Notes under the pieces: model-generated
The model's database searches: none
What the model was told of the DNA's origin: nothing
The model's input: the letters and a program-made list of their open reading frames with translations, nothing else
Program-made: the position numbers and the translations under genes
Assembly: GCA_964521025.1 (NCBI GenBank)
Contig: CAZFPK010000001.1
Span: 92,845 to 156,844 of the forward strand
Direction: 5' to 3'
Source: an uncultured Candidatus Cloacimonadota bacterium
Lineage (GTDB): Bacteria; Cloacimonadota; Cloacimonadia; Cloacimonadales; TCS61
DNA: 64,000 nucleotides
In this document: in pieces, positions 50,252 through 60,859 of the stretch
Position numbering within the stretch: position 1 is the stretch's first letter
How the letters are laid out: the number at the start of each line of letters is the position of its first letter

Positions 50252-51613
50252 ATGAAATCGATCAATCCTTTAACAGGAGAAACGATCAAAGAATACAAAG
50301 AACATACTTCCGAAGAAATCAATATCCAAATCGAAAAATCGCAGCAGACATTTTTGGATTGGAAAAAAACCAGTTTCGAGGAAAGAACCTGGCTCATGAC
50401 AAAAGCAGCTCAAATCCTGCGAAACAAATCGGATGAATACGCAGAATTGATGATGAATGAAATGGGAAAATTATTCAGAAGCGGGAAAGCGGAAGCGGAA
50501 AAATGTACCTGGGTCTGTGATTATTATGCGCAAAATGCGAAAAAGTTTTTAGAACCCGAAATCGTTGAAACCGATGCGACAGAAAGTTTCATATCCTTCC
50601 AGCCGATTGGAATCGTGCTTGCGGTAATGCCCTGGAATTTCCCTTTCTGGCAGGTTTTCAGATTCGCTGCTCCGGCTTTGATGGCTGGTAATATCGGTAT
50701 CCTGAAACACGCATCTAATGTTCCCGGATGTGCTTTGGCGATAGAAGATATTTTCAAGCAGGCTGGTTTTCCAGAAAATGTTTTTCAAACTTTATTGATC
50801 GGAAGTAACAAAGTCGCCGAAGTAATTGAAAATCCTCTCGTGAAAGCAGTAACCCTGACCGGCAGTACTTTAGCGGGAAAGTCTGTCGCAAAAAAATCAG
50901 GAGAAATGCTGAAAAAAGTAGTACTCGAACTGGGCGGCAGCGATCCTTATGTTATTCTCGCTGATGCTGACTTGGAAAAAGTTGTTCCGATATGTGTAAC
51001 TTCTAAACTGATCAATGCAGGTCAGAGTTGTATTGCCGCGAAAAGATTTATCGTTGATGAATCTATCAAAGAAGAATTTGAAGAAAAACTGGTTAAGCAG
51101 ATGGCTTCTCAAAAAATGGGTGATCCAAAAGATACGGAAACAACGATCGGACCTTTAGCAAGGCAAGATCTGAGAGACGAACTTCATCAGCAAGTTGTGA
51201 AGAGTATCGAAAAGGGAGCGGTTTGTATTCTCGGAGGAAAGATCCCGGAAAATAAAGGAGCATTTTATCCGCCGACAGTTCTGACAAATGTCCGGAAAGG
51301 AACTCCGGCTTACGATGAAGAATTATTTGGTCCTGTTGCCGTTATCATTTCCGCCAAAGATGAAAATGATGCGAGCAGGATTGCTAATGATTCCGTGTTC
51401 GGACTCGGAGCTGCAGTTTTCACCTCTAATGAAAAAAAAGGCAAAAGGATTGCAGAAAAAGAATTGGAAGCAGGTTGCTGCTTTGTGAATGATTTCGTGC
51501 GTTCAGATCCGAGACTTCCTTTTGGCGGGGTCAAAGAAAGTGGTTACGGACGGGAACTTTCTCATTATGGTATCAAGGAATTTGTGAATATTAAAACTGT
51601 CTATATCAAATAA
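50252..51613 (+). CDS. NAD(P)-dependent succinate-semialdehyde dehydrogenase family aldehyde dehydrogenase
   Basis: MPWNFP, LELGGSD, NAGQSCIA, EELFGP; AGGAGG RBS before ATG 50252. Confidence 0.9.
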   Translation: MKSINPLTGETIKEYKEHTSEEINIQIEKSQQTFLDWKKTSFEERTWLMTKAAQILRNKSDEYAELMMNEMGKLFRSGKAEAEKCTWVCDYYAQNAKKFLEPEIVETDATESFISFQPIGIVLAVMPWNFPFWQVFRFAAPALMAGNIGILKHASNVPGCALAIEDIFKQAGFPENVFQTLLIGSNKVAEVIENPLVKAVTLTGSTLAGKSVAKKSGEMLKKVVLELGGSDPYVILADADLEKVVPICVTSKLINAGQSCIAAKRFIVDESIKEEFEEKLVKQMASQKMGDPKDTETTIGPLARQDLRDELHQQVVKSIEKGAVCILGGKIPENKGAFYPPTVLTNVRKGTPAYDEELFGPVAVIISAKDENDASRIANDSVFGLGAAVFTSNEKKGKRIAEKELEAGCCFVNDFVRSDPRLPFGGVKESGYGRELSHYGIKEFVNIKTVYIK

Positions 51614-51792
51614 AAAAATCGCCGAATTTTTGGAAATTTGGCAACTCTGAAGAGCATCAGTAAAACTCTTGACAAATAATTATTAGTCTTTAAATAGAAA
51701 TCAAGAGGAAAAATGGATATTAGAAAACAGTTCATCGTCGATGGAAAAGGAAAAATCCAAAAAAAATCAAATAAGATAATATGGAAAATTAA

Positions 51793-53286
51793 TTGATAAC
51801 AAATAACAAAAAACCAAAAATCCTTCTCTGTACTCCGGAAATAACCGAACTTCCCGAAGGTATGGGAAATGCCGCAAATTTCGTCTCGGCTAAAGGCGGC
51901 GGTCTCGGAGATATTTCCGCCAGCTTGGTACGCCATCTCAATGAAAGTCATGAATTCGAGTTGCATATCGTTCTTCCCAAATATGATAACCGCATCAAAA
52001 ATGTTTCCAAATACACGAATCAGCAGATCGACAGGTTGTCCATCACTTTGCAGGGAAAAGGAATCCATCTTGTTAATGACAGTGCATTTTCCTATTTGAG
52101 CAATCCTTATGCAGATCATAAAGTTCATTCCCCGGTGCGGCGTTCGCTGGTTTTCCAGAGATATGTGATCAATAACCTGCTCGACTGGATACAACCCGAT
52201 GTTGTTCACTGCAATGACTGGATGACCGGATTGATTCCGGCAGCAGCGAAGGCAAAAGGCATCAAATCACTTTTTACTTTGCATAATATTTTCACGGAAA
52301 AGCAGACTTTAATGGATATCGAATTGAGCGGCTTAAAACCTATGGAATTTGTCGAATATTTATATTTTGAGGAATTTCCGGAAAATATTAAAAAGAACTG
52401 GCGCAAATATTTTCATACAAATAAAGTGGATTTCACTGCCAGTGCGATCTTTGCCGCAGATTTTTTCAACACAGTCAGCCAGACATTCCTGGAAGAACTC
52501 AAGGACGACCATTTCCCGGAGCTCGTTTCCAGACCGATCTATCAAGTCATTAAGGATAAATACGAGCAGGGAAAAGCAGTCGGTATTCTCAATGCTCCCA
52601 ATGATACGATCAATCCGAAAGTTATGTCCGATATGATCAATTTTAATAAACATACGGTTATGGAAAAGAAAGCGGAAAACAAGGCTTTATTCCAGGAAAA
52701 AATGGATTTACCACTCGCTCCGGATATTCCCTTGTTTTTCTGGCCGAACAGACTTTATTCCCAGAAATCTCCTGAGTTACTGATAGACAATGCTCTTTAT
52801 TTCCTGAAAAAATATAAGATACAGATAGCAGTCGTTGCTAACGGTGATCTCAAACTGGAAAATAAATTACGATTATTTTCCAAAAAAAACAAAAATCTTA
52901 AATTTCATCCATTCGATGAATATTTGAGTACTCTCGGAAAAGCCGCAGCCGATTTTATTTTGATGCCTTCCCGTTACGAACCTTGCGGACTTCCGCAAAT
53001 GGAAGCTCCCAGATTCGGAACTTTGCCCATTGTTCGTGCAACCGGCGGTTTAAAAGATACGGTCGAACATCTCGATGTGAAAAAAAATAAAGGTAATGGT
53101 TTCGTCTTTGTCATGGTCGATAAAACCGGAATCGAATTCGGGATCAAAGAAGCACTCAAATTTTATGAACAACCTTTTGAAATCCGTAAAAAGCAGATCC
53201 GGAGAATTATGAGTCAATCCAAAAGAATGTTCAATATGGAGAAAACAGCAGGGGAATATATGAAGGTTTATGAAGGGATGTTGTAG
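51793..53286 (+). CDS. glgA: Glycogen synthase (GT5)
   Basis: KGGGLGD, HCNDW, PSRYEPCGLPQM, TGGLKDTV. Confidence 0.88.
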   Translation: MITNNKKPKILLCTPEITELPEGMGNAANFVSAKGGGLGDISASLVRHLNESHEFELHIVLPKYDNRIKNVSKYTNQQIDRLSITLQGKGIHLVNDSAFSYLSNPYADHKVHSPVRRSLVFQRYVINNLLDWIQPDVVHCNDWMTGLIPAAAKAKGIKSLFTLHNIFTEKQTLMDIELSGLKPMEFVEYLYFEEFPENIKKNWRKYFHTNKVDFTASAIFAADFFNTVSQTFLEELKDDHFPELVSRPIYQVIKDKYEQGKAVGILNAPNDTINPKVMSDMINFNKHTVMEKKAENKALFQEKMDLPLAPDIPLFFWPNRLYSQKSPELLIDNALYFLKKYKIQIAVVANGDLKLENKLRLFSKKNKNLKFHPFDEYLSTLGKAAADFILMPSRYEPCGLPQMEAPRFGTLPIVRATGGLKDTVEHLDVKKNKGNGFVFVMVDKTGIEFGIKEALKFYEQPFEIRKKQIRRIMSQSKRMFNMEKTAGEYMKVYEGML

Positions 53287-54292
53287 TTCGGAACTTGTTC
53301 CGATTGAAATTTACATTCGTAGCTCGGTACTTGTTCCGAATTCGCAATTAATAAAAAAATCGAAATATGAAAAAATCAGAACAATCCGTCAAAAGCCGGA
53401 CTAAAGATTCTGAACTTCGATAAATCCGAATTCAAGAAATAAATATAATGAAAAGAGGGGCAGAACAAGTTCTGAACTACGGTAGCTCTTATGAAATCAA
53501 AAAAACTTGAATACCGTTATTTCTACCGAAGAAACTTGCCGCATATCCAACCTAAGATGCAATACTTTTTGTATCATACCGGCTTGCATTCAGTTTCCCG
53601 GATTATGTTTTATCCGAATTAAGGCAAAATAAAAACCAGTTTCAGAAGAAAATTTGTAAATTTAACAAAATCGAGAAAATCAAAATATGCGGAATTTTGA
53701 TAAATGACAATTCGATTATATCGATTCATTTTTAGCAAAATGTGAAGAAAGTCCGACCTGGTTAGCAAATGATAAAATCACCACTCTTGTGTTTGACAAT
53801 TTATGTGAAAAGAATGGTGAATTATATGAATTATATTGTTTTTGCATAATGCCCAATCATGTTCATATTTTGATCAAACCTTTACATAAGATCGATGACA
53901 TTCCTTATTCTTTAGCAGAAATATTGAAAATTGTAAAAGGTCAAACCGCTGTCGAAGCAAACAGGATTTTAGGAAGAAACGGACCATTCTGGCAAGCAGA
54001 AAGATATGATCATTTTATCAGGAATGTTGAAGAATTTACCGGTATTGTTCAGTATATCATTAATAATCCGGTAGAAGCGGATTTGTGTGAACATTATAAA
54101 GATTGGAAATATACATGGATAAAAGACGATGTAGCTCGGAACTTGTTCCGATTCAGAAAATAATCAAAAAAAAAGAAATAAAAAAATTGAAATATTAAAA
54201 ATCAGAACAACAGTAGAACGGAACTTGTTCCGATTCAGTTAATATTTTAAAAACGAAACAATAAAAAAAAATCAGAATAAGTTCTGAACTAC
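53283..54292. repeat. GTAG-type REP cluster flanking the RAYT gene
   Basis: Copies at 53283, 53319, 54131, 54213 (+) and ~53376, 53461, 54272 (-); further pair at 60571-60647. Confidence 0.88.
53491..54163 (+). pseudogene. REP-associated tyrosine transposase (RAYT, Y1 HUH), inactivated
   Basis: YRRNLPH; two frameshifts and an in-frame TGA; then IMPNHVH, FWQAERYDH, YIINNPV. Confidence 0.85.
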
Positions 54293-54303
54293 GGGAGTAA
54301 AAA

Positions 54304-55995
54304 ATGATCAAAAAAATATTTATCTTATTCTTCTTATTATCAAACATCCTCATTGCAAAAGACAACTTCCACTTCGCTATCCTCGGAGACAGAACCGGAG
54401 GAGCAGACCAGCAGGAATTTGAAAGAGTTGTTAAAGAAATGAGTGCAATGCGTCCTGATTTTGTTGTCACAGTCGGGGATTTTGCGGAGGATGGAAGAAA
54501 TCCGGATGATTATGATATTCCCCTGGAAACAATGAAGATCTTCGATTGTCCGGTTTATTATACTCCCGGAAACCATGATATTTACGACGAGAATTCTGCA
54601 AAAATATTCAAAGAAAAAACAGGGAACGATCCATATTATTCCTTTGATTTTGGAAATACTCATTTTATCATTATAGATAATTCGACAGTTTCCAAATATG
54701 AAGATATCGATGAGAATCAGAGAGATTGGGTGATCGATGATCTTGCTAATAACCAGGATAAAACAAATATTTATGTTTTCATGCATAAGCCTTTCTGGGC
54801 AGATGCAGTAGCCGATGGAAAAGAAGATTTTATGCACGATATTTTCAAAAAATATAATGTCGATGCGGTTTTCACGGGACATTGGCATCAATACGCTTAT
54901 AATGAATTTGATGGGATCGAATACTTTCTTGTGGGCAGTTCCGGAGGTTCATTTCCTTACGAGGATGATAATATGGGAATGTTCTATCAATATTTGTGGT
55001 GCAAAGTTGAAGGAGATAGACTTTATACCAATTTGATAAAATCAGGAAACATGTTCGAGAAAGAATTGGTTACGATCGAGGAAGAACAATTATCATACGA
55101 TATTCCCCGCAAGTTCATTCAAAAGAAAAGCAAAATTACGGATGAATCCAAACCGGAAGAAATAACAGTCGAATTATCTATTTCCAATCAAACGGAAAAG
55201 ATCATTAACGATACTATCAGGATCGAGCATGATTATAACTGGATAATTTCCGAAAAAGAATTCCCCATAAAAATAAACCAGCATGATACTCTCAAAAAAG
55301 AGTTCGATTTTGTCCAAATATCCAAACCGTTTCCGTTGCCGAGAATTCAATTTACTTATCCTTTCGGGCGAGATAAAAAATACAAATACAATGAACCGAT
55401 CACTATTCAAAGGAAAATCGAATGCCGAAAAATCAATAATATTCCCGTTATCGACGGCAGGATTTCCCATGATGATGAAGATAAAGCAGTTGTTATTTCG
55501 GAATTTTCCAATGAAGAAGGAAATCCCTCGAAAATCAAAAATACAAAAACATTCTTTCTGTATGATGAGGAATTCCTGTATCTTGCCTGTTATTGTGCGG
55601 AACCGAATATCGACAGTCTGAAAGCAGAAAAGACAGAAAGAGATGACAAGATTTATGATGATGATTCAATGGGATTCCTTGTCTCGACGGATGGAAATAT
55701 TGTTTACCAGTTTTATGTGAATGCAAATGGTGCAGTCTGGGATATGAGAACAGATCTGGAAAAATCTGATTATAACAAAGATTGGAATGGAAATTTTGAG
55801 ATCAAATCTGCAATATATAAAGATAACTGGATCGCTGAAATAAAAATTCCTCTCGTTGAAATCGGCTGCACCGAAGATATAAATGAACTGAGAATAAATT
55901 TCAGGAGATATAGAACTTATGATGAGGAAGCGGCTTTCTTTATCCCGGAATGGAGTTATGGGTCGGTGAATGATGGGAAGTTGATTTTGGAATAA
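54304..55995 (+). CDS. Secreted calcineurin-like metallophosphoesterase with C-terminal CBM9-like domain
   Basis: LGDRTG, VGD, PGNHD, MHKP, GHWH; IDGRI..W..EIKIP. Confidence 0.85.
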   Translation: MIKKIFILFFLLSNILIAKDNFHFAILGDRTGGADQQEFERVVKEMSAMRPDFVVTVGDFAEDGRNPDDYDIPLETMKIFDCPVYYTPGNHDIYDENSAKIFKEKTGNDPYYSFDFGNTHFIIIDNSTVSKYEDIDENQRDWVIDDLANNQDKTNIYVFMHKPFWADAVADGKEDFMHDIFKKYNVDAVFTGHWHQYAYNEFDGIEYFLVGSSGGSFPYEDDNMGMFYQYLWCKVEGDRLYTNLIKSGNMFEKELVTIEEEQLSYDIPRKFIQKKSKITDESKPEEITVELSISNQTEKIINDTIRIEHDYNWIISEKEFPIKINQHDTLKKEFDFVQISKPFPLPRIQFTYPFGRDKKYKYNEPITIQRKIECRKINNIPVIDGRISHDDEDKAVVISEFSNEEGNPSKIKNTKTFFLYDEEFLYLACYCAEPNIDSLKAEKTERDDKIYDDDSMGFLVSTDGNIVYQFYVNANGAVWDMRTDLEKSDYNKDWNGNFEIKSAIYKDNWIAEIKIPLVEIGCTEDINELRINFRRYRTYDEEAAFFIPEWSYGSVNDGKLILE

Positions 55996-56073
55996 GGAAC
56001 TTCCAAATGTTGAACTCCCTGCAAGCGAGGAAGTCCGGTCAGACGGGAATTCTTCACGAAGTAGAGATTTCCG

Positions 56074-56481
56074 TTAAAGAGGAAATCCATCCGCAAATTT
56101 CTCTATCCATTCCCCGGCTGCTTCAGCATGCGATAACTTCCTGCCTTGTGAGTGCAAAACTTCTTTCCTGTAATGCTCAATATAACATATCTGCTCGACC
56201 ATCCTGACGCGATACTCGGAATGAATATCCATAAATTTTACTCCAATCTCATAACCTTTATCCAGTTCTTTACACCAGACGACCAGACCTTTGAGCACGA
56301 ACTCAGGTTTCCGCGCCGCAATATGAATGATCAATTCCGTTCCCTTCTCGATAAATTTTCTCGATTGGAAGCAAAGTCCGCCATGCCCGATATTTTTCAG
56401 GAATTCGTTTTTATGCGGATCGTTCTCATCGATTTTATATTTTATGGGAATATCTGTGGGGTGACGAATATATTTTCGCAT
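56074..56481 (-). CDS. PilZ domain protein
   Basis: RKYIRHP and NIGHGGLCF (RxxxR, D/NxxxxG), GYEIGVKF. Confidence 0.85.
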   Translation of the reverse strand: MRKYIRHPTDIPIKYKIDENDPHKNEFLKNIGHGGLCFQSRKFIEKGTELIIHIAARKPEFVLKGLVVWCKELDKGYEIGVKFMDIHSEYRVRMVEQICYIEHYRKEVLHSQGRKLSHAEAAGEWIEKFADGFPL

Positions 56482-56613
56482 AATTTTTTTCCTCTTTTTT
56501 TTAAACAATATCTAATTAGAATTTATGAAAAATATGTCAAACAGTTTTCTGCTGAATTTTAAAACTTAATTTAAAACTTGCCAAATTTTTGAAATTTGGC
56601 AAGTTTACCTTAT

Positions 56614-57804
56614 ATGAAAAAAATAAATAAACACTATAAAGAAATAAAAACCGCAATCCGCAAACATAAACTCGCAGATCATTATTTCGTCAGCAAATAT
56701 TCCTTTTCTCCGTATATGGCTTGCGAACACGGTTGTAAATACTGCGACGGCAGAGCGGAAAAGTATTATGTCGAGGGAGATTATGAAAAAGATATCGTGA
56801 TCCGCAAAAATCTTCCGGAAATCCTGGGAAAAGAACTTCCCAAACTCCGGGAAAAAGGAGTCATCTTCATCGGTTCCGGGATCAGCGATGCTTATCAACC
56901 TGTGGAAAAAGAAGAAAATTTAATGCTGAAATGTGCGGAAATTTTATCCAAATCTTATTTCGCTGTCACGGTTCTGACGAAATCATCCCTGATCTTACGA
57001 GACCTTGATATTTGGAAAAAAGTTCATCAAAAGAATAGTTTTGTATTGATGATCTCGCTGACATTCCTCGACGATGAATTAAGAAAAATATTCGAACCGG
57101 GAGCGAGTTCGGTTCAGGAGAGGATCGAGATTATCCGGACTTTCAAATCAGCAGGAATTCCGGTTGGGATCACTGCTATGCCGTTCCTTCCTTTTATTAA
57201 TGACGCGGAAAAACAAATCTCCGATTTTCTCAATAAAATGAAAGAAATTGATGTTGATTTTATTATGCCTGCGAGTTTGACCCTTCGTCCCGGAAAACAA
57301 AAAGATACTTACCTCGAAATGATCAAAAAGAATTTTCCTGAATTGATCTCCAAATATGAAATCCTTTATCAGAAAAATCTCCCATCCGGAATGCCGTCAT
57401 ATTCCTACAGAAAAAATTTCTATCCTCACATAAACAGGAAAATTCTCGAAAAAAACATGACCATATTTCAACCTCATCGGATCTATAAAAACAAACTGCC
57501 GTTATATGATGAGATCTTTATCCTGATGCATCACCTGAAAGAACTTTATGAAATGCGGAAAGTCGATATCACGGCTTTACGAAATAACCTGGATCTTTAT
57601 ACAAAATGGCTGCTGGATGAGAAAACATCTTTCAATCGAAGAAAGAAACCGACGCACAAAGATCTGGAACTGAAATTGATCGGAATTATTAATAATGAAG
57701 AATTCCTCGAAATAATCAGGAACAGGAAACTGTTTGGATTTCTGAAAAAAATTGTTATTGACAGGAAAACCTTCGATTACGGAACACTCAAAATTGAAAA
57801 TTGA
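56614..57804 (+). CDS. Radical SAM protein (SplB-like/Rv2578c-like)
   Basis: SPYMACEHGCKYCDG, SDAYQP, TKS, FEPGASS; start uncertain (56596 TTG or 56614 ATG). Confidence 0.85.
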   Translation: MKKINKHYKEIKTAIRKHKLADHYFVSKYSFSPYMACEHGCKYCDGRAEKYYVEGDYEKDIVIRKNLPEILGKELPKLREKGVIFIGSGISDAYQPVEKEENLMLKCAEILSKSYFAVTVLTKSSLILRDLDIWKKVHQKNSFVLMISLTFLDDELRKIFEPGASSVQERIEIIRTFKSAGIPVGITAMPFLPFINDAEKQISDFLNKMKEIDVDFIMPASLTLRPGKQKDTYLEMIKKNFPELISKYEILYQKNLPSGMPSYSYRKNFYPHINRKILEKNMTIFQPHRIYKNKLPLYDEIFILMHHLKELYEMRKVDITALRNNLDLYTKWLLDEKTSFNRRKKPTHKDLELKLIGIINNEEFLEIIRNRKLFGFLKKIVIDRKTFDYGTLKIEN

Positions 57805-57880
57805 AAATTGAAAATTGAAAATTGAAAATTGAAAATTGAAAATTAGAAATTAGAAATTAGAAATTAGAAATTAGAAATTG
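57790..57880. repeat. Heptamer tandem repeat, 13 units
   Basis: 7x AAAATTG, AAAATTA, 4x GAAATTA, GAAATTG. Confidence 0.95.
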
Positions 57881-57892
57881 GAAGAGGTTAAT

Positions 57893-58402
57893 ATGTCGAT
57901 TTTGACACGAGATGAAATCCTCAAAGAAATTGAGAACAAAAATATTATCATCGAACCATTCGATGCGGGAACAGTTGGACCTGCTTCCATCGATCTAACT
58001 CTCGATAATAAATTCCGGATCTATAAACAATTCCAGGATATTCACGATGTGGACGATAATGCGGATTACAAACAAATTACCGAATTGATCGAGACAGATT
58101 CTATCATCATCAAACCACAGGAAACACTTCTCGGTATAACTAAAGAGAAAGTCATTCTCGCTCCGAATATCTGCGGTTGGCTGGAAGGCCGCAGCCGCTT
58201 TGCGAGGTTAGGATTGATGGTTCATATCTCCGCATCATTTATGCAGCCGGGAATTTCTAATCAACAAGTTCTGGAGATCAGTAATGTTGGGAATGTGTTA
58301 TTGCGATTACATGCGGGAACGAAGATCTGCCAGTTTATTTTCCAGAGAACGCTCGGGAAAGCGAAATACAAGGGAAGGTTTTTGGATCAGACGGAACCTT
58401 AA
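57893..58402 (+). CDS. dcd: dCTP deaminase
   Basis: PASIDLTL, EGRSRFARLGL, LEISN, KICQFIF. Confidence 0.9.
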   Translation: MSILTRDEILKEIENKNIIIEPFDAGTVGPASIDLTLDNKFRIYKQFQDIHDVDDNADYKQITELIETDSIIIKPQETLLGITKEKVILAPNICGWLEGRSRFARLGLMVHISASFMQPGISNQQVLEISNVGNVLLRLHAGTKICQFIFQRTLGKAKYKGRFLDQTEP

Positions 58403-58949
58403 TCTTGTGAGAAAGAATGAAAGAGTGCCAAGATTTTATGAGTTTTTGAGAGAGAATTTCAAGAAGAGTTCCATAAACTCAAACAAATAATAGAATGATT
58501 GAAAGAGAACCAAGATTTTTGAGTTTATGAAGAGTGATCAAGAAGAATTCCATGAACTCAAACTGTGAAAGATAAGGGATTGAAAGAATTTCAGAATTTT
58601 ATGAGATTAAGGGAAAAAAGAGTTTGAGAGGAGCAAGAATTGAAACTTTGTCATTCCGAGGTTTTCTCTTTCTTGAAAGAGACGGGTTCTTCTTGTTAAT
58701 TTCTTTCGAGGAATCTCCTTTAAGCCTTCTAAAAACCAGTTAGTTCTCCTTTAGCAAAGGGAGATGTCATCTCCTGCGGAGATGTAAGGATTTTTTGAGA
58801 TTAGTGGAGAAGGGAGTTTAAGAGAAACAAGAAAAAAATCAACTCAATCTCTAATCCCTTCTCTTTCAAGAGAATGGGAAATCGAAGAAAAAATTAATTT
58901 TTTCCCTCTCTTTTTAAGAGAGGGTTAGGGTGAGTTAAAGAGGTAAAAA

Positions 58950-59702
58950 ATGTACAAATACAAAATAGTCTTATTAAGACACGGCGAAAGTGTCTGGAAC
59001 AAAGCAAACCGTTTCACAGGTTGGACCGATGTCGAGCTTTCCGAAAAAGGGATCGAGGAAGCACATGCAGCCGGAAATCTCTTGAAAAAAGAAGGATTCA
59101 AATTTGACCTGGCTTTTAATTCCGTTTTGAAAAGAGCGATCCAAACTCTTTGGATAGTGCTTGAAGAAATGGATTTAAGGTGGATCCCGATCTCTAAACA
59201 TTGGCGGTTGAATGAAAGACATTATGGTGCACTGCAAGGTTTGAACAAAGCTGAAACTGCAAAAAAATACGGAGAAGAACAAGTTCTTATCTGGAGAAGA
59301 AGTTATGCGACTCATCCTCCGTTTTTAAAATCAGATGATGAACGCTGTCCCGGTTTTGATGAAAAGTATAAAAATATCTCGAATGATATTCTTCCGCTGG
59401 GGGAATGTTTGAAAGATACGGTTGAGAGAGTTCTTCCCTATTGGCATGAAACTATTGTTCCGACCATAAAATCCGGGAAAAGGATCATCATTTCTGCTCA
59501 CGGGAACAGTTTGCGGGCTTTGGTAAAATATCTCGACAATGTGAGTGCGGAAGCGATTTTAAAACTCAATATCCCGACGGGTGTTCCGTTAGTTTATGAA
59601 TTGGATGAAAATCTGAAATCGCGCAAACATTATTATCTCGGAGATTCGAAGGCAATACAAAAAAAGATGGATTCCGTTGCTAACCAGGGAAAAGCAAAGT
59701 AA
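58950..59702 (+). CDS. gpmA: 2,3-bisphosphoglycerate-dependent phosphoglycerate mutase
   Basis: [33 protein letters not shown]. Confidence 0.97.
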   Translation: MYKYKIVLLRHGESVWNKANRFTGWTDVELSEKGIEEAHAAGNLLKKEGFKFDLAFNSVLKRAIQTLWIVLEEMDLRWIPISKHWRLNERHYGALQGLNKAETAKKYGEEQVLIWRRSYATHPPFLKSDDERCPGFDEKYKNISNDILPLGECLKDTVERVLPYWHETIVPTIKSGKRIIISAHGNSLRALVKYLDNVSAEAILKLNIPTGVPLVYELDENLKSRKHYYLGDSKAIQKKMDSVANQGKAK

Positions 59703-59994
59703 TTTATACTTTTTCATCGTTACCAATCCCCTGATTGGTAATGGAATAAATCTCAATTAACTCGAAGACAAATACCTCAAACAAGACCGTTTGAGATGCG
59801 CATTTTAACCGGGTTTCTACAGAACATCATATTCCCATCCGGTAGTTGCCGGTTAGGAACAATTGAAAAAATCTATTTGACATTGCGAGTTTCCCCTACC
59901 TAAAGTTAGGGTTTTTTGATCCGGAAGTTGTTTCAATCAATAACCCACTCCTTCAGGTGTGGGATCAGAAATCATCAAAAAAGGAGTTATAATT

Positions 59995-60549
59995 ATGAAC
60001 AAGAAAATCGTATCATTATTCATTATTTCATTAGTTTTATCATCTCTTTTCTCTCTCGAGATCGGGGGAAAAGATCTTCCGGATACCCAAAAAATCGGAG
60101 AGAAAGATTTATTATTGAATGGAGCAGGAATCCGGAAAAAACTGATCTTCAAAGTTTATGCGTGCGGACTTTACCTCCCGCAGAAAAACTCCAATTCCGA
60201 AAGTATTCTAAAAGTAGATGAAGAGATCGCGATCAGAATGCATTTCATTTACAAGAAAGTTTCTTCGGAAAAACTCGTAAATGCGTGGAATGAAGGTTTT
60301 TCCAACGCAAATGTTCCTGATTCTCTCCGACCAAAGATCACTGCATTCAATTCCTGTTTTTCTGAAGCAGCATTGAAAGACGATATTTATGATATTGTTT
60401 ACACACCGGAAAAAGGAACGAGTATTTTTATCGATAATGAATTGCAGGGAACGATTAAAGGTTTTGCTTTCAGGAAAGCAGTTTTCTCGATCTGGTTGGG
60501 AGAAAATACTGCACTTCCGAAATTAAAAAAAAAATTGTTAGGAATGTAA
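59995..60549 (+). CDS. Secreted chalcone-isomerase-like protein
   Basis: LNGAGIRKK..KVYACGLYL, FSIWLG; AAGGAG RBS. Confidence 0.85.
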   Translation: MNKKIVSLFIISLVLSSLFSLEIGGKDLPDTQKIGEKDLLLNGAGIRKKLIFKVYACGLYLPQKNSNSESILKVDEEIAIRMHFIYKKVSSEKLVNAWNEGFSNANVPDSLRPKITAFNSCFSEAALKDDIYDIVYTPEKGTSIFIDNELQGTIKGFAFRKAVFSIWLGENTALPKLKKKLLGM

Positions 60550-60859
60550 CACCCTCGTCCCGATGGTAAAGTAGTTCAGAACTTATTCTGAACCTTTTAA
60601 AAAATATTGATCAACATTCATCAGAATCCTAACAAGTTCCGAACTACAACACAATCAGATTGATTGTAGGTAGTGTTACATTATTTTTGAAAGATTATGG
60701 AAAAAAATTGGTTGGACATTTCTAGTTTCCCCTACATGAAGTTAGGCACTTAATTCTAAAATCCTTACATCGTTATTATCTAAAAAACTTGACTGCTTAA
60801 ATATAGTTTAAATGCTTTACCTAGAACATTCAATAGAATGTTTTAAATCAAGGGGGAAT

